NCBI RefSeq assembly: GCF_964059055.1
Contig: NZ_OZ060386.1
Span: 360,001 to 392,000 of the forward strand
Direction: 5' to 3'
DNA from: Buchnera aphidicola (Neophyllaphis podocarpi)
GTDB lineage: Bacteria > Pseudomonadota > Gammaproteobacteria > Enterobacterales > Enterobacteriaceae
Length of the DNA: 32,000 nt
Numbering within the stretch: the first letter of the stretch is position 1; each line of letters begins with the position of its first letter. The notes under the pieces were generated by a model. That model worked only from the letters and a program-made list of their open reading frames with translations. It was not told where the DNA came from and did not search any database. Of this stretch, positions 1 through 10,750 are shown one piece after another. The translations under genes were made by a program, and so were the position numbers.

Positions 1-2245
1 TTATAGAATGATATATATAATTAATATTTTCTTTTTCTATAATACGTTTCAATGAATTATTTAGTTTAATGTTAAATCCTATAATTAATGAACTGGATGC
101 AATAGCTAAAGAAACATCTGTTTCTGTAATATTACCAATACCAGAATGTATGATATTAATTTTTATTTTATCGTTTGATAAGCTACATAATGAACTACAG
201 ATTGATTCTAAAGATCCGTGTACATTCGATTTTAATATTATATTAAAATTTATTAATTTATTTTTATCTATACTTGAAAAAATATTTTCTGTTTTACTTT
301 TTTCTCTACGTAATAATTTAACTTCTCTATTTTTTGCTTGTCTGTAATATGCAATATCTCGAGCTTGTTTTTCGCTATTTACTACATTAATAATATCCCC
401 AGGAATAGGAATACCAGATAAACCTAATATAGTTACAGGAATAGATGGTTCTGCTGATTTTATTTCTTCTCCTAATTCATTAAATAAAGCTCTTATTTTT
501 CCATATTCTAAACCACACAAAACTATATTACCTTTCTTTAATACTCCTTGACGTATTAATACAGTAGCTATAGGACCTCTACCTTTATCAAGAAAGGATT
601 CAATTACAACACCCTTAGCAAGTCCAGAAAATGTAGTTTTAATATCCAAAATTTCAGATTGCAAAGAAATAGAATTTAATAAATCTTGTATACCAATATC
701 TTTCTTAGCTGAAATATTTACAAAAATATTATCTCCTCCCCATTCTTCTGGAACAATATTATATTTTACTAATTCATTTTTAATCTTTAATATTTTTGTT
801 AGCTCAGATTTATCTATTTTATTTATAGCAACAATAATAGGAACTTTAGCAAAATTTGCATGATTTATAGATTCTATAGTCTGAGGCATTACACCATCAT
901 CCGCAGCTATTACTAAAACAATAATATCTGTGATTTTAGCTCCTCTAGATCTTATAGAGGTAAATGCTTCATGCCCAGGAGTATCAATGAAAGTAATAAT
1001 ACTATTGTTATGTCTTACATAATACGCGCCAATATTTTGAGTAATACCTCCAGGTTCTTTAGAAGCTAGATCAGTAGAACGAATACGATCTAAAAGTGAA
1101 GTTTTTCCATGATCTACATGACCCATTATTGCAACAACAGGTGGTCTTGTTTTTTTTATATGAGTTATATTAGAATTTTCAATATCCTTAATTAACAAAC
1201 TTTCTAATTTATTAGATTCATACAAAGTTACTTTATGACCCATTTCTTCTGCAACTAATTGAGCTGTTTCTTGATCTATTAACTGATTTATTGTAACAAT
1301 GCTACCCATATTCATTAATAACTTAATAACTATAGAACTCTTTACAGCCATTTTATTTGATAAATCTGCAACTGTAATAGTTTCTCCTATAGTAATATTT
1401 CGGTTAATATTTTTTTTAGGTTTTTTAAAACTCTGATGTAAAATATTATTTTTAAAATTTTTAGTTTTATTTTTATTTAACATATTAAAACTATGATCTT
1501 TAAATTTTCTTTTTTTAAATCTAGCACTTTTATTATTAATTTTACGTATTTTATCTAATTTTGTATAACGATCATCTTTATTTAATTTAAAATTATTAGA
1601 TAATTTAGAACTAAATTCCTTTTTATTATTTCTAATAACATTTTTTTTATTTTTAAATGTAGTTTTTGATTCTTTTTTTAACTTAACAGAAAAATTTTTA
1701 TTATTATTTTTATTTGCAGAATAAACCTTAGATTTATATTGTATATCTTTTAAATTATTTTTATTAATTATTTCTTTCTGTTTATTATAAGAATTATTAA
1801 CAGTATCTTTTGATGAAACTAAGTTTTTCAAATCAGTTGCGCTTTTATTATGGTTTTTTTTAATTATTTTATTTTTTATTGATAAATTTTGTGTATTAGA
1901 AGAACTTATAAGATTAATTTTATTTGTAATTTTATTATTTTTTTTATACAATAATTTAGAGTTTTTTAAATAAGTTTTATTTTTTCTAAACTCAATTTTT
2001 ACAGATTTATTTTTGCCATTATTACTAGAAATATTTAAAAAACTTTTTACTTTGCGTTTTAAAGTCATATGCATAAGTGATTTACCACGTTGCTTACTTA
2101 AATGATCAAGTAAAACTTCTTTTTCATGCTCACTCACGTAATCATTTTTATTTTTTACAATTCCTGCATCAGAAAATTGTTTTAATAAAATATCTAATGA
2201 AATATTTATTTCAATTGCTAATAATTCTATAGATATATTTGTCAT
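1..2245 (-). CDS. infB: translation initiation factor IF-2 (3' end truncated by window edge)
   Basis: The minus-strand ATG is at 2245. The N-terminus [29 protein letters not shown] parallels E. coli IF2 MTDVTIKTLAAE...QQFADAGI. The G domain read by hand around 1150-830 is [15 protein letters not shown]...DTPGHEAF...NKIDK, in frame with 2245. The frame stays open to position 2, and the last residues (...[26 protein letters not shown]) align about 100 aa before the E. coli C-terminus. It is absent from the ORF track because no stop lies within the window. Confidence 0.95.
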   Translation of the reverse strand, partial: MTNISIELLAIEINISLDILLKQFSDAGIVKNKNDYVSEHEKEVLLDHLSKQRGKSLMHMTLKRKVKSFLNISSNNGKNKSVKIEFRKNKTYLKNSKLLYKKNNKITNKINLISSSNTQNLSIKNKIIKKNHNKSATDLKNLVSSKDTVNNSYNKQKEIINKNNLKDIQYKSKVYSANKNNNKNFSVKLKKESKTTFKNKKNVIRNNKKEFSSKLSNNFKLNKDDRYTKLDKIRKINNKSARFKKRKFKDHSFNMLNKNKTKNFKNNILHQSFKKPKKNINRNITIGETITVADLSNKMAVKSSIVIKLLMNMGSIVTINQLIDQETAQLVAEEMGHKVTLYESNKLESLLIKDIENSNITHIKKTRPPVVAIMGHVDHGKTSLLDRIRSTDLASKEPGGITQNIGAYYVRHNNSIITFIDTPGHEAFTSIRSRGAKITDIIVLVIAADDGVMPQTIESINHANFAKVPIIVAINKIDKSELTKILKIKNELVKYNIVPEEWGGDNIFVNISAKKDIGIQDLLNSISLQSEILDIKTTFSGLAKGVVIESFLDKGRGPIATVLIRQGVLKKGNIVLCGLEYGKIRALFNELGEEIKSAEPSIPVTILGLSGIPIPGDIINVVNSEKQARDIAYYRQAKNREVKLLRREKSKTENIFSSIDKNKLINFNIILKSNVHGSLESICSSLCSLSNDKIKINIIHSGIGNITETDVSLAIASSSLIIGFNIKLNNSLKRIIEKENINYIYHSI

Positions 2246-2258
2246 TCTATTTATCCTA

Positions 2259-3746
2259 TTATTTTTTAGTATTAAACCAGCATATATTTCTTGCTTGCAT
2301 AATTAATTCACCAGCTTTCTTATTATCTAGAAAAGGAATGTCAATTAAATCATCTATTGCTTGATCGGCTAAATTTTCTAAAGTTAAAATTCCTTTTTTG
2401 TTTAATTCTTTCAATAGTAATTTGTTAACATTTTTTAATGAAAGAATTAAAGAACTTGTTTTGCTATTTCTGATATTTTCTTCTTTAGCTAACTCTAATG
2501 TAACTAAAGCATTTCTAGCTTTATGACGTATCTCCTTAAGTAAACATTTATTAATAGTTTTTATTTCAAGTAATTCTTCAAAAGGAACATAGACTAATTC
2601 TTCTAAAGAAGAAAAACCTTCATGAAATAAAATTTCAGCTAAAGATTTATCTATACTTAAATATTTAACAAAAATATCAATTGAAGTATTTTGTTCTTCC
2701 TGATGTTTTATATTTAAATCATCTATAGTCATAACATTAAGATTCCAACCACTTAATTGTGAAGCTAATCTAACATTTTGTCCATTCCTACCAATAGCCT
2801 GTGCAAGATGATTAGATTCTACTGCTATATCCATAGAATGATTTTCTTCATCTACTATTATAGATGAAACATCAGCAGGCGCCATAGAATTAATTACAAA
2901 TTGAGCAGGATTTTCATTCCATAAAACTATATCAATTTTTTCTCCACATAATTCACTAGAAATAGCCTGAACACGAGCTCCTCTCATTCCTACACAAGCT
3001 CCTATAGGATCTATTCTTTTATCATTTGTTTTTACAGCTATTTTCGCGCGAGATCCAGGATCTCTTGCAGCAGCTTTAATTTCAATTAACTCTTCTCCTA
3101 TTTCAGGAACTTCAATTCTGAATAATTCTATTAACATTTCAGATTTAGATCTACTGATAAATAACTGTATATTTTTAGATTCATTATAAACCGAATATAA
3201 AATACCTTTTAATCTATCTCCTAATCTAAAGTTTTCTCTAGGAAGCATATCTTCGCGAATTAATAATGCCTCAGCATTGTTACCTAAATCAACAATAATA
3301 CTATCTCTATTTATTTTTTTTACTAAACCTGTTATTATTTCACCGGAACGACTACTAAACTGTTCCATAATCATAGTTTTTTCAGCTTCACGAACTTTCT
3401 GTACAATAACTTGTTTTGCTGTTTGCGTAGTTATTCTATCAAAAACAACTGATTCAATTTGATCTTCAATATAGTCTTTCACCTGCAATAAATTATTTTC
3501 AAAACGTGCTGCTTCTAAAGTAATTTCTTTTGTAGGATGAACTACTTCAGAAACAACTAACCATCTACGAAAAGTATAAAAATCCCCACTTTTACGATTA
3601 ATACAAACTCTAACATCAATTTCTTGTTCATGTTTTTTTTTTGTTGCTATAGCTAATGCACTTTCTAAAGCTTCAAAAATTTTTTCTCTAGGTAAAGATT
3701 TTTCATTAGAAACAGCCTCTACGACTGCCAAAATTTCTTTATTCAT
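2259..3746 (-). CDS. nusA: transcription termination/antitermination factor NusA
   Basis: The ORF-track frame is 2259..3782. I moved the start to the ATG at 3746 because [32 protein letters not shown] is nearly identical to the E. coli NusA N-terminus and gives 495 aa, the E. coli length. The KH-region motif [18 protein letters not shown] is present. The stop lies 13 nt upstream of the infB ATG, the classic nusA-infB arrangement. Confidence 0.96.
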   Translation of the reverse strand: MNKEILAVVEAVSNEKSLPREKIFEALESALAIATKKKHEQEIDVRVCINRKSGDFYTFRRWLVVSEVVHPTKEITLEAARFENNLLQVKDYIEDQIESVVFDRITTQTAKQVIVQKVREAEKTMIMEQFSSRSGEIITGLVKKINRDSIIVDLGNNAEALLIREDMLPRENFRLGDRLKGILYSVYNESKNIQLFISRSKSEMLIELFRIEVPEIGEELIEIKAAARDPGSRAKIAVKTNDKRIDPIGACVGMRGARVQAISSELCGEKIDIVLWNENPAQFVINSMAPADVSSIIVDEENHSMDIAVESNHLAQAIGRNGQNVRLASQLSGWNLNVMTIDDLNIKHQEEQNTSIDIFVKYLSIDKSLAEILFHEGFSSLEELVYVPFEELLEIKTINKCLLKEIRHKARNALVTLELAKEENIRNSKTSSLILSLKNVNKLLLKELNKKGILTLENLADQAIDDLIDIPFLDNKKAGELIMQARNICWFNTKK

Positions 3747-4030
3747 TTTATTAAACTCCAAAAAAACTTGTAAAGAAAACAAAATAAATATTTTAAAGTA
3801 GTAAAAATAAAAATTTTTTATAAAAAAAACAAAAATATATTAATTCATTAAATTTAATTATTAAATAATTAATATTTAAGATATAAGAATTTTTTTATAA
3901 AAATCTAAAATTAAATATTTATATTTAAAAAATAATATATAATTATTGTATAAAAAATAACAATTCATTTAAAAAATAATAAAAATTAAAAATTTATGTA
4001 TATAATTTTTATTAAAATAAAGATTTCTTT

Positions 4031-4059
4031 TATAATAAAAAACCCCGAGTAAACGGGGT
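4031..4059 (-). terminator. rho-independent terminator downstream of secG-tRNALeu
   Basis: The minus-strand RNA reads ACCCCG-UUUACU-CGGGGU (stem 4042-4047 / 4054-4059) followed by UUUUUAUUAU. It is the only G+C-rich stem in a spacer of more than 400 nt of nearly pure A+T. Confidence 0.7.
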
Positions 4060-4133
4060 CAAATATAAAAATTAATAGATTTATAAAATCAAAAGTATAT
4101 AAATTTTTAAACTTTAAAAATATATTAAGAGTT

Positions 4134-4174
4134 TAAAATCTAAAAATATTCAACAAAAATATTTTTAGATTTTA
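4134..4174 (-). repeat. perfect 17-bp inverted repeat (hairpin with 7-nt loop) 24 nt downstream of the tRNA-Leu 3' end
   Basis: TAAAATCTAAAAATATT (4134-4150) and AATATTTTTAGATTTTA (4158-4174) are exact reverse complements around the loop CAACAAA. It may be a 3' processing or terminator structure; the function is unknown. Confidence 0.6.
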
Positions 4175-4197
4175 TTGAAATAATTAAAGTAGTATAA

Positions 4198-4284
4198 TGC
4201 CGAGGACGGGACTCGAACCCGCAAACTTAAAATCAAAGTACTACTACCTCAAAGTAGTGTGTATACCAATTTCACCACCTCGGC
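4198..4284 (-). tRNA. leuU: tRNA-Leu (anticodon GAG), class II with long variable arm
   Basis: I folded the cloverleaf by hand on the minus strand. The acceptor is GCCGAGG/CCTCGGC, the anticodon stem is CTACT/AGTAG with loop TTGAGGT (GAG), and the T arm is GCGGG-TTCGAGT-CCCGT. It sits directly after secG, as leuU does in E. coli. The discriminator A is followed by TTA, so no CCA is encoded. Confidence 0.9.
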
Positions 4285-4316
4285 TTATTTTTAAAAATAA
4301 TAAAATAAATAAACTG

Positions 4317-4574
4317 TTATTTATTAACATTATTTTTTAACAAATAAATATCATCGGTATCTCTGCTACTAAGATTACAAAGCAATAAGCTTATTATAAA
4401 AAAAATACAAGCAAAAAACATAGTTAATTTAGTAATAAAGTTATTATTATTAAAGTATAAAAAATTGTTTGTATTATTTTTATTTAATATATTGTTTGAG
4501 TTTTGTTGTATAATTATACATGTAATAAGAAATAAAGATACTAATAAAAAAATTAACAAAAAAAAATTATACAT
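4317..4574 (-). CDS. secG: preprotein translocase subunit SecG
   Basis: The 85-aa ORF begins MYNFFLLIFLLVSLFLITCIIIQQ, matching E. coli MYEALLVVFLIVAIGLVGLIMLQQ. The second TM segment MFFACIFFIISLLLCNL matches ALLATLFFIISLVLGNI. Synteny glmM-secG-leuU supports the call. Confidence 0.9.
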   Translation of the reverse strand: MYNFFLLIFLLVSLFLITCIIIQQNSNNILNKNNTNNFLYFNNNNFITKLTMFFACIFFIISLLLCNLSSRDTDDIYLLKNNVNK

Positions 4575-4610
4575 AAATGATCCTTATAAAATTTAATTAA
4601 ATAAAAAACT

Positions 4611-5953
4611 TTACATATTTAATCTATCAATAAAATTAGATATCTTTTTTGATAATGTTTGCACTATATTAATAAATTTACTTTCAATTAAAATACGAAA
4701 AACAGGTTCTGTGCCAGATTTACGTATAATAATTCTGCCGTAATTTCCCAATAATTTTTTAGATTTATTTATAATATATTTATATTTTTTATGTTTTATA
4801 AACATGAAATATTTTTCATAAGAAAAATTTAATATAACCTGAGGGAACAAATTAATTTCACTAGATAAACTGTGTAAACTTAATTTATTTATTATCATTA
4901 TAGAAATAATTTCTAGACTAGAAATTATTCCATCGCTGCAAAAAGATTTATCTAATAAAATTATATGACCAGAACTTTCTGCTCCTAAATTCCATTTATT
5001 TTTTTGTAATTTTTTTAAAATACAACGGTCCCCTACTTTAGAAATCTTAAAAGGTATACTTAATTTTTTCAAAGAAAAAATTAAGCCTTTATTACTCATA
5101 TAAGTAATAACAACTCCTCCTTTCAAAATACCTATATTTTTAAAATATTTTGCAATTATGTATATGATTTTATCACCACAAACTATATTACCTAAATGAT
5201 CAATCATGATCATTCTATCTCCATCTCCATCAAAAGCTAATCCAATATCTGCTTGTTCTGATATAACTTTTTTTTTAGAAAATATAAATTTGTAGAACCG
5301 CAAAATTTATTAATATTTTTCCCATTAGGAATATTAAATATATTAATAACTGTAGCTCCTAATTCATAAAATAATTTATTAGCAATATTATAAGTAGCTC
5401 CATTAGCATAATCTATAACTATTTTAAAGCGACAGGATTTAATTGTTTTTGTAAAATTTTTTTTACAAAAATTTATATAAATTCTAGATGCATTTGAAAT
5501 AGTTGAAAAATAACTCATTGTTTGATGTGTAATATAATTTGAAGTATTTTCTAATTCTAGTTCAATTTCTCTTTCAATTATATCTGATAATTTACTACCA
5601 TCTACAGAAAAAAATTTCACTCCATTAAATTCAAAAGTATTATGAGAAGCAGAAATCATAACTCCAAAACAAGATAATAACTTTGATAAATAAGATACAG
5701 CAGGAGTAGGAAGAATTCCAACAAAAATCACAGAAAAACCAGATGCAGATAAACCTGATGCAATACAAGACTCTAATATATAACTAGAAGAACGTGTATC
5801 AGTGCCAATTATAATATTTCTTGAATAATTTTTATTTAATAAAACTGTGCCTGCAGCTAATCCTAATTTTAAAATAAAATTTTTAGTAATAGGAATAGTA
5901 CCTATTTTTCCACGAATTCCATCAGTACCAAAATATTTATGATTGATCATCAA
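4611..5953 (-). pseudogene. glmM: phosphoglucosamine mutase GlmM, interrupted by a frameshift in an A9 tract (T9 on + strand, 5268-5276); possibly rescued by slippage or a sequencing artefact
   Basis: ORFs 5237..5953 and 4611..5303 together cover the full E. coli GlmM. The N half has YFGTDGIRG and SASHNT. The C half has [20 protein letters not shown] and RKSGTEP. The frames switch exactly at the A9 run, and A10 would give one gene of about 447 codons. Confidence 0.9.
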
Positions 5954-6791
5954 AATTTAAATCCTTAAATAATTTTACAATTTTAATAATATCTATAGCA
6001 TTTAGTGTTTCTTTAACATCATGAGTTCTAATAATATTAATACCTTTAAGAATAGCAATAATATTACAAGTAAGACTTCCTGCTAAAGATTCTGATACTT
6101 GTATATCCAATAATTTAGTTATCATGGATTTTCTTGACATACCTACCATTAAAGGTAAATTAAATGATTTAAATTTATGTATATTAGATAAAATTTGATA
6201 ATTATTAATGATACTTTTACTAAAACCGAAACCAGGATCTAATATCAACCTATTTCTATTTATTCCTAATGTTTCACATAATAATATTTTTTTAGAAAAA
6301 AAATTATATACTTCTTTTAAAACATTAGAATATTTATAATCATTAACTATTGTACTATTTGTTAATTTGCTATGTACAATACAACATAAAACTTCAGATT
6401 TAGATATCTCTTTTAAAGATTCATTTGTAGAAAAAGAGCGTACATCATTTATCATATGAGCTCCTTTAGCAATTGATTCTTTAATAACTACATATTTAGA
6501 TGTATCAATAGATATAAAAATATCAAATCTAGAAGATATAGCTTCTAATACAGGAATGACACGATCTAACTCTTCTTGTTCGCTTATTTCTGTATAGTTT
6601 GGCCTTGTAGACTCTCCTCCAATATCTAAAATATTAATACCTAAAGAAATCATATGATAAGCACGATCAATCGAATTAGGTAAAGAATAATATTTTCCTC
6701 CGTCAAAAAAAGAATCAGGAGTAACATTAAGAATTCCCATGACATTTATATTAGATAGATCTAATGAAATATTTTTAACTTTTATTTTCAT
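5937..6791 (-). CDS. folP: dihydropteroate synthase
   Basis: The 284-aa ORF carries MGILNVTPDSFFDGGKY, DIGGESTRP and DPGFGF, the hallmark motifs of the pterin-binding DHPS family. Its length is close to E. coli FolP (282 aa). Synteny ftsH-folP-glmM matches E. coli. It overlaps the glmM start by 17 nt. Confidence 0.93.
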   Translation of the reverse strand: MKIKVKNISLDLSNINVMGILNVTPDSFFDGGKYYSLPNSIDRAYHMISLGINILDIGGESTRPNYTEISEQEELDRVIPVLEAISSRFDIFISIDTSKYVVIKESIAKGAHMINDVRSFSTNESLKEISKSEVLCCIVHSKLTNSTIVNDYKYSNVLKEVYNFFSKKILLCETLGINRNRLILDPGFGFSKSIINNYQILSNIHKFKSFNLPLMVGMSRKSMITKLLDIQVSESLAGSLTCNIIAILKGINIIRTHDVKETLNAIDIIKIVKLFKDLNFDDQS

Positions 6792-7019
6792 TCAACTCTC
6801 TTTAAAAAATTAAAAGATCTTTTAAAAATATGTAAAATTAAATAAAGTAACTATTATTAAAATGGTATTTTAAAATATTAAGTCATTGCCTACTGGTAAA
6901 AAAATTTAACAGTAGACTTAAAACAAAATATATTTTGATTTTTAATAAAATTAAAAAAATTTAAAAAAAATCAATTCATGATAAATAAAATTTTATATCT
7001 AAATTAGTTATTTATACCC

Positions 7020-8936
7020 TTAATAAAGAAAATTATTTTTATCGCAAACTTTATTTAAAGAATTTTTATTATGAGAATCATCAGTATTTAATTTAATACT
7101 AGTGGTTTTATCATTCCAATTTTTAGGAGGTTTCACATCTCTTCTATTCATTAAATCATCAATCTGCGAAGAATCAATTGTTTCATATTTAATTAAAGCA
7201 TCTTTCATTGAATGCAAAATATCTATATTTTTATTCAAAATTGAACGAGCTCTTTTATAATTATTTTCTATTAATAATTTTACTTCTTCATCAATTATAT
7301 GAGCTGTTTCATCAGACATATGTTTAGCTTTTGCAACTGATCTACCTAGAAAAACTTCACCTTCTTCTTCTGCATAAAGTAAAGGACCCAATTTATCTGA
7401 AAAACCCCATTGAGTAATCATATTACGAGCTAAATTAGTAGCAACTTTAATATCATTAAAAGCTCCGGTAGAAACATTATTCTTTCCATAAATTATTTCT
7501 TCAGCTAAACGACCTCCATATAAAGTAGATATTCTACTTTCTAATTTTTTACGACTAATGCTTATCATATCTTTTTCTGGTAAAAAACAAGTAATACCTA
7601 AAGCTTGTCCTCTTGGAATAATAGTAACTTTATGAACAGGATCGTGTTCTGGTACTAAATAGCCAATAATTACATGCCCTGATTCATGATAAGCTGTAGA
7701 TTCTTTTTGTAAGTCAGTCATAATAATAGATTTTCTTTCAGTACCCATGATAATTTTATCTTTAGCTTTTTCAAATTCTGACATAGAAACAAACAAGTTG
7801 TTATTTCTAGCAGCAAATAATGCAGCTTCATTAACTAAATTAGCTAAATCTGCACCAGAAAATCCAGGAGTACCTCTAGCAATTATCATAGATTCTACAT
7901 CAGAAGATAAAGGCACTTTTTTCATATGTATTTTTAATATTTGATTTCTACCACGTACATCAGGTAAAGAAACAATTACTTGACGATCAAATCTTCCAGG
8001 ACGTAATAAAGCTGGATCTAAAACATCAGGTCTATTAGTTGCTGCTATAACTATGACACCTTCGTTTCCTTCAAAACCATCCATTTCAACTAACATTTGA
8101 TTTAAGGTCTGTTCTCTCTCGTCATGACCTCCTCCTAAACCAGCCCCTCTTTGTCTTCCTACAGCATCTATTTCATCAATAAAAATAATACAAGGAGATG
8201 ATTTTCTAGCATGATCAAACATATCTCTAACTCTAGAAGCTCCTACTCCTACAAACATCTCAACAAAATCAGAACCAGAAATAGTAAAGAATGGAACTTT
8301 AGCTTCTCCTGCAATAGCTTTAGCTAGTAAAGTCTTACCTGTTCCTGGAGGACCTACCATTAATACACCTTTAGGAATTTTGCCTCCTAATTTTTGAAAA
8401 CGATCTGGTTCTTTTAAATATTCAACAAGTTCCATAACTTCTTCTTTAGCTTCATCACATCCAGCAATATCAGAAAATGTAATTTTTATCTTATTTTCTG
8501 TTAAAATTTTAGCTTTACTTCTACCAAAAGACATAGCTCCTTTTCCGCCACCAATTTGCATTTGACGCATAAAAAATATCCAAACACCAATTAATAATAA
8601 CATTGGAAACCAAGAAATAAAAACAGAAGTAACAAAACTAGGTTCTTCAGGAATTTCTCCTATAACTTTCACATTTTTAGTAATTAAATTATCTAATAAT
8701 TTAGGATCATTAATCGGTATATAAGTTTTATAGGAAATATTATTTTTTTTAATAACACTAATTTCTCTACCATTAATATGTACTTCACGTATCTGATCTT
8801 GATTGACTTCTGATAAAAAAGTTGAATAATCAATTTTCAAAATATTAACTTCATTTGAATTAAAACTTTGAAATACAGACATAAATATAATAGCTATGAC
8901 TAACCAGATAATTAGATTTTTGGCCATGTCACTCAA
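7020..8936 (-). CDS. ftsH: ATP-dependent zinc metalloprotease FtsH
   Basis: The 638-aa ORF is near-collinear with E. coli FtsH. Walker A is GPPGTGKT, the SRH region is present, and the zinc site is HESGHVI. The ORF-track start is TTG at 8936 (MSDMAKNL), with GAGAGG 8 nt upstream. An alternative ATG at 8927 would give MAKNL. Confidence 0.96.
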   Translation of the reverse strand: MSDMAKNLIIWLVIAIIFMSVFQSFNSNEVNILKIDYSTFLSEVNQDQIREVHINGREISVIKKNNISYKTYIPINDPKLLDNLITKNVKVIGEIPEEPSFVTSVFISWFPMLLLIGVWIFFMRQMQIGGGKGAMSFGRSKAKILTENKIKITFSDIAGCDEAKEEVMELVEYLKEPDRFQKLGGKIPKGVLMVGPPGTGKTLLAKAIAGEAKVPFFTISGSDFVEMFVGVGASRVRDMFDHARKSSPCIIFIDEIDAVGRQRGAGLGGGHDEREQTLNQMLVEMDGFEGNEGVIVIAATNRPDVLDPALLRPGRFDRQVIVSLPDVRGRNQILKIHMKKVPLSSDVESMIIARGTPGFSGADLANLVNEAALFAARNNNLFVSMSEFEKAKDKIIMGTERKSIIMTDLQKESTAYHESGHVIIGYLVPEHDPVHKVTIIPRGQALGITCFLPEKDMISISRKKLESRISTLYGGRLAEEIIYGKNNVSTGAFNDIKVATNLARNMITQWGFSDKLGPLLYAEEEGEVFLGRSVAKAKHMSDETAHIIDEEVKLLIENNYKRARSILNKNIDILHSMKDALIKYETIDSSQIDDLMNRRDVKPPKNWNDKTTSIKLNTDDSHNKNSLNKVCDKNNFLY

Positions 8937-8983
8937 AGGAATAACCTCTCATAAAAACTAAATTAGAAATAAATAGCTCAGAT

Positions 8984-9613
8984 TTAATTATTTTTTTTAT
9001 TTTTAGCTAAAATAAAAATTTCACGAGAACGGCTACGTGAAGCATCTGGCTTATGAATTTTAACTTCAAAAAAAATCAGTTTTATCTTTTTAATAAGCGA
9101 TTCAAATTCAGTACCATGAAATGATTTTATTAAAATAAAACCGTGTTTATCCAAAAATTTTATTGAAATTTGTAAAACTAACTCACACAAATTAGTAGAT
9201 TTTAAAGAATCAATAATCAAGTTTCCACTGATATTAGGAGATATATCTGACATAATAAAATTTATTTTTTTACCTTTAATACTTTGATGAATCGATTTTA
9301 AAGTTGAATACTTTCTTAAATCTCCTTGAATAAACTTAACACCAAGGATAGGATTCATAGGTAAGATATCACATGCTATAATTTCACTTTTAGAACCTAT
9401 TCTATTAATTGCATAGTTTGACCAACCTCCAGGAGCAGATCCTAAATCAATTATATTCATGTTTTTTTTAAATAAACTATATTTATAATCTATTTGTTGT
9501 AATTTAAACCATGATCTAGAACGTAAATTATTTTTTAATGATAATTTAACATATTTATCATTAAAGTGTTCTTTTAACCAATTACTAGAAGACTTAGATT
9601 TTTTTTTAGACAT
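8984..9613 (-). CDS. rlmE: 23S rRNA (uridine2552-2'-O)-methyltransferase RlmE (FtsJ)
   Basis: The ORF is 209 aa, the same length as in E. coli. SSSNWLKEHFNDKYV...LRSRSWFKL...DLGSAPGGWS matches E. coli SSSRWLQEHFSDKYV...LRSRAWFKL...DLGAAPGGWS. It sits upstream of ftsH, as in E. coli. Confidence 0.94.
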   Translation of the reverse strand: MSKKKSKSSSNWLKEHFNDKYVKLSLKNNLRSRSWFKLQQIDYKYSLFKKNMNIIDLGSAPGGWSNYAINRIGSKSEIIACDILPMNPILGVKFIQGDLRKYSTLKSIHQSIKGKKINFIMSDISPNISGNLIIDSLKSTNLCELVLQISIKFLDKHGFILIKSFHGTEFESLIKKIKLIFFEVKIHKPDASRSRSREIFILAKNKKNN

Positions 9614-9669
9614 ATAATTTTAGTGTTTATAGGTAAATTATTATAAATACAAATAGATGTTAATTTAAA

Positions 9670-10149
9670 CTATATATATTGAATATTTAATATTTTATAT
9701 TTTACATTACCTCCAGGTGTTTTAACTAAAGATACATCATTAATTTTTTTGCCTATGATTCCTCTAATTATAGGAGAATTTATAGAAATTAAATTTTTTT
9801 TAAAATCTGCTTCGTCATCTCCTACTATACAACAAGTAAATTGATCTTGATTATGTAAGTTTAGTAAAGTTACAGTAGAACCAAAAATTACTTTGCCTTT
9901 ATTAGGTATTTTCTTTATATCTATAATTTGAGCATTAGAAAGTTTAAATTCAATTTCTTTAATTCTACCTTCACAAAAACTTTGTTCTTCCCTAGCAGCA
10001 TGATATTCCGCATTTTCTTTTAAATCACCATGTTGTCTAGCTTCTTTTATAGCAGATATGATTAAAGGACGTTTTATATATTTTAATCTTTTCAATTCTT
10101 GACGAAGTTTTTCAGCGCCTATCAGAGTCATAGGAGTTTGATTAATCAT
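9670..10149 (-). CDS. greA: transcription elongation factor GreA
   Basis: The 159-aa ORF contains [14 protein letters not shown]...[28 protein letters not shown]...[27 protein letters not shown], collinear with E. coli GreA. Confidence 0.95.
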   Translation of the reverse strand: MINQTPMTLIGAEKLRQELKRLKYIKRPLIISAIKEARQHGDLKENAEYHAAREEQSFCEGRIKEIEFKLSNAQIIDIKKIPNKGKVIFGSTVTLLNLHNQDQFTCCIVGDDEADFKKNLISINSPIIRGIIGKKINDVSLVKTPGGNVKYKILNIQYI

Positions 10150-10459
10150 TTTGACATACCTCTTATAATTTATAAATTAATTAATTTTAAAATTAAATAA
10201 TAATTTGAATATTATATAAAATTAAATAATTAAAATAAAAATATTAATTTACAATTAATAATTTATAATATTATTTTATAATACTATAACCATAAAATTT
10301 AATAATCTCAAAAATAATAACTAATTTTTGTAATTATATAATATAGAAAAAACTAGTATTAAATATATATAAACTATTAAAAATTAGATATTTAGTTTAA
10401 ATAACAACAAATACTTATTAAAATTAAAAATTTAAAACAACTAAAAGAAAAAATAAAAA

Positions 10460-10714
10460 ATGAAAATAGAAAAAATAAAAGAAACTTTAATAAAAGAGTT
10501 AAAATTAACAAAAGTATATATAAAAGGAAATGAACATCACATAGAAATTATCGCGATTGGAGATTTTTTTTTGAGAAAGAGTGAAGTACAAAGACAACAA
10601 CATGTATACAAACCTCTGATGAATTACATAACAAATAAGAAAATTCATGCTATAACAATCAAAGCATATACTATAAAAGAATGGCAATCAAAAAAATCAA
10701 TAGAAATATATTAA
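10460..10714 (+). CDS. ibaG: BolA-family acid-stress/iron-sulfur associated protein IbaG (YrbA)
   Basis: The ORF is 84 aa, the E. coli length. HIEIIAIGDFF...SEVQRQQHVYKPLMNYITNKKIHAITIKAYTIKEW matches E. coli HFQVIAVGELF...[35 protein letters not shown]. It lies directly upstream of murA, as in E. coli. Confidence 0.9.
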   Translation: MKIEKIKETLIKELKLTKVYIKGNEHHIEIIAIGDFFLRKSEVQRQQHVYKPLMNYITNKKIHAITIKAYTIKEWQSKKSIEIY

Positions 10715-10750
10715 TATTAGAAAATAAAAATTATTAAATTATATAATATA

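Noticed and set aside
69-347. A 92-aa plus-strand ORF at the window start.
   Set aside because: It is antisense to the C-terminal part of infB. I translated the infB frame by hand through this region and it aligns to E. coli IF2 (…GSLESI…[16 protein letters not shown]…).
3747-3782. A 12-codon N-terminal extension of nusA ([12 protein letters not shown]) in the ORF track.
   Set aside because: The internal ATG at 3746 reproduces the E. coli NusA N-terminus and its exact length, and the extension has no counterpart.
6880-6919. An imperfect hairpin (AAGTC...TACTG / CAGTA GACTT) downstream of ftsH, considered as a possible terminator.
   Set aside because: It has only 5+5 bp interrupted by a 6-nt bulge and a weak U tract, so it is not distinguishable from chance.
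10151-10156. A consensus -35 hexamer TTGACA on the + strand, considered as a possible ibaG promoter.
   Set aside because: The only TATAAT nearby is 7 nt away, which is the wrong spacing. The hexamer directly abuts the greA start codon and ribosome-binding site (CCTCTT on the + strand) on the other strand, and it lies about 300 nt from ibaG.
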